This document shows, one piece after another, positions 63,228 to 64,000 of a stretch of 64,000 nucleotides of DNA. The stretch is from assembly GCA_024256285.1 (NCBI GenBank), contig JACGUG010000001.1:17191-81190 (forward strand), written 5' to 3'. The position numbers were made by a program, and so were the translations under genes. Under the pieces are notes generated by a model. That model was given only the letters and a program-made list of their open reading frames with translations, did no database searches and was not told the origin of the DNA. Origin of the DNA: an archaeon (GTDB lineage: Archaea > Thermoproteota > Nitrososphaeria > Nitrososphaerales > JACAEJ01). How positions within the stretch are numbered: position 1 is the stretch's first letter; each line of letters begins with the position of its first letter.

Positions 63228-63776
63228 TTATTCTGGAGTTTCTGTTGCTTTGGTCTTCCTAACGCCTCTTGGGTTCAAGACTTTTATGCCCAGCTCTTTT
63301 GCCCTCTCTATCAATTCAGCCCTCTTTTTTGCCCCTAAAGTTGAAGCCAGTCTTGCTGCATCTTTCTTAGGATCGAGCCCCTCGAGTTCACCTATGTTAT
63401 GAACCAGTACATCTCTGTAACCTGAGGGGTGAATGCCCCTCGTTATCTTCGGTCCCCGATAACCTACTTTCACTACTTTGGGCCAGCCTTTCACTCTGCG
63501 GCGCATCTTGCTGTCTATGCCTTTGGGCTTCCTCCAAGCCCTATCTATTCTCTTGTACCTCCAAGATTCCTGCCTCATGAACTTGGGGCGCTTGTCATCT
63601 ATGCTATCTCTTACCCTCAGAAGTTCCTCCATACTCTTTTCCTTCTTTTTTCTAGCCCTAGAAGCTTTTGTTTTAACTCCCTTTTTCTCTTTAGCTTTCG
63701 TTCTAGAAGTTTTAACTTTCTTCTTCTTTGTAATTTTTGCTTTAGATGTAGTTTCTTCTGCCATATTATCGATCAA
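63228..63776 (-). CDS. rpl32e: 50S ribosomal protein L32e with Lys-rich N-terminal extension
   Basis: ...[15 protein letters not shown]...[17 protein letters not shown]...GYR. Confidence 0.9.
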   Translation of the reverse strand: MIDNMAEETTSKAKITKKKKVKTSRTKAKEKKGVKTKASRARKKKEKSMEELLRVRDSIDDKRPKFMRQESWRYKRIDRAWRKPKGIDSKMRRRVKGWPKVVKVGYRGPKITRGIHPSGYRDVLVHNIGELEGLDPKKDAARLASTLGAKKRAELIERAKELGIKVLNPRGVRKTKATETPE

Positions 63777-64000
63777 CCCTTCTGCTTTTCATATATATAT
63801 ATCCCATCTAGGAAGACTCTTTGATCTTTCTTCTTCACTTTGGTTGCCTGTTCTATATTTGCCGCTGTCTGACCGACATCCTCCAACAAGACGCCTTTGA
63901 CGATGACATCGTCCCCCTCAACCATCACTTTGCAGTCGCCTACTATCTTCGCTATACGTGGAGACCTCTCCCCGTAGAAGTTCTCAATGATCACGTTTTT
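63773..64000 (-). CDS. rpl6: 50S ribosomal protein L6 (uL6), C-terminal part (gene continues past the right edge)
   Basis: ...[46 protein letters not shown] is an L6 C-terminus. It overlaps the rpl32e start by 4 nt. Confidence 0.85.
   Translation of the reverse strand, partial: KNVIIENFYGERSPRIAKIVGDCKVMVEGDDVIVKGVLLEDVGQTAANIEQATKVKKKDQRVFLDGIYIYEKQKG

Noticed and set aside
1-64000. Stop-codon reassignment as an explanation for the in-frame TAA and TAG codons. These occur in the Dabb gene (7316), the small ORF at 13893, the MITE-internal ORF, and upstream of TRAM (62844). Pyrrolysine at TAG was also considered, given the MtrH-like methyltransferase.
   Set aside because: TAA, TAG and TGA all terminate well-conserved genes here at the expected positions: TAG for radA, TAA for moaC and moaA, TGA for moaB. 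No pyl genes or methylamine methyltransferase genes are in the window. Pseudogenisation is simpler.
1-64000. CRISPR arrays, rRNA genes, integrase or transposase genes.
   Set aside because: No regularly spaced direct repeats, no rRNA-like conserved blocks, and no ORF with tyrosine/serine recombinase or DDE motifs were seen. Only HTH and linker-like fragments occur in the 58.6-63.2 kb island.

Overview
AT-rich archaeal chromosome segment. Evidence for Archaea: RadA, RFC large subunit, topoisomerase VI A and B, aIF1A, aIF2-beta, Cbf5, TFS, Rpo11, A/V-type ATPase subunits, DGGGP synthase, and the archaeal order of the spc-like ribosomal cluster. A stand-alone MtrH homologue is compatible with a TACK or Bathyarchaeia-like lineage, but the lineage cannot be fixed from the sequence alone. 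About 85 percent of the window is ordinary housekeeping. This includes Moco synthesis (moaC-moaB-moaA), purB, metG-ahcY-mtnP, dph2-csl4-rpoL-tfs, aIF2b-DUF424, aIF1A-Rio1-KH-top6B, ino1, a surface-glycan cluster, and cbf5-cmk-DUF106-adk-secY-L15-L30-S5-L18-L19e. No rRNA, complete tRNA or CRISPR array was found. Three accessory segments stand out. (1) 13.7-19.9 kb is a tightly packed minus-strand module between purB and atpF. It has a terminase-large-subunit-like ATPase/nuclease, a coiled-coil/TM tape-measure-like protein, ConA/LamG-like and discoidin lectin domains, a gpD/gp27-like hub and a gpV-like spike OB domain. It has no portal, capsid or integrase and several broken reading frames, so it looks like a decaying or domesticated head-tail-virus remnant. 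(2) 58.6-63.2 kb is a ~4.6 kb compositionally foreign insertion that splits the normally contiguous L32e-L19e junction of the ribosomal protein operon. It is filled with gene fragments (HTH, TRAM, Zn-ribbon), small basic and hydrophobic ORFs, a TM plus degenerate PLD-like protein, and GC-rich ORF-free stretches that may be structured RNA. (3) 20734-21175 is a 442-bp element bounded by perfect 22-bp inverted repeats (MITE-like or invertible segment), and a related end-sequence sits inside island (2). Core genes carry two disruptions: a Dabb-domain gene with an in-frame TAA, and MetRS with its C-terminal tRNA-binding domain in another frame. All calls come from by-eye motif recognition and manual translation; no database search was run.
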